Positions 63,660 to 64,000 of a stretch of DNA of 64,000 nucleotides are shown here, one piece after another; positions within the stretch are counted from its first letter, which is position 1, and each line of letters starts with the position of its first letter. The notes under the pieces were generated by a model. It did not search any database and was not told the origin of the DNA. It was given only the letters and a program-made list of their open reading frames with translations. The DNA comes from Oopsacas minuta (lineage: Eukaryota; Animalia; Porifera), in the NCBI GenBank assembly GCA_024704765.1, contig JAKMXF010000244.1:239905-303904 (forward strand). The letters run 5' to 3'. Made by a program: the position numbers and the translations under genes.

Positions 63660-64000
63660 CTAGCACACCGCTTACTAAGTGACTACACTTTGCGACGAAA
63701 TTTATAATGAATTGAAAGAAAGAAAATAGAGAATAGTGCTTTGGGTCGCTGCTCAAAAAGAGAACACTAAGCGACTAGAGAAAAATATAATGATTAACCT
63801 AATACCTCTATGAAAATATGTGATTTTATGAAGTCAAGAGGGTTCAAAATACCGTTTCTGGTGCGAGAATTAGTTAAATATGTCAAAATGTAGTGTTCCT
63901 TTTTCATTATCTAATTCTGAATAGTGCTATGTCAAGAAGCAATCATTTTTAGCCTTTTAAGTCCGCATTTTAGGGCGTTGTCATAACAAAGAGAAAGGTA

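Overview
This is AT-rich eukaryotic (animal-like) genomic DNA, not prokaryotic. The whole 64 kb lies inside one minus-strand gene, a divergent UBR4 (p600/BIG/purity of essence) E3/E4 ubiquitin ligase. Six coding exons (about 2.05 kb, roughly 3% of the window) join in frame through canonical GT-AG introns of 14.5, 16.9, 1.0, 19.7 and 9.6 kb, and the gene runs off both ends. The introns hold a dense and varied set of dead transposons: pogo/Tigger, mariner DD34D, two maT DD37D, a DD37E Tc1-like element, two hAT transposases, a hAT MITE, Chapaev3, a second Chapaev-like remnant, MULE, Harbinger-like MITEs, CR1-type LINEs, a Gypsy LTR element and an unclassified TIR family. None has an intact ORF. 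The points most worth following up are structural: two Harbinger-like MITEs in palindromic targets with non-identical CTG/CAG flanks, a perfect 59-bp palindrome, an inverted pair of MULE arms that could form dsRNA in the pre-mRNA, an inverted Gypsy 3' end, a MITE-interrupted Tudor-like ORF, and a few possible nested gene relics. I see no evidence for a novel multi-gene system, CRISPR array or RNA gene. Family assignments rest on motifs recalled from memory and were not database-verified.
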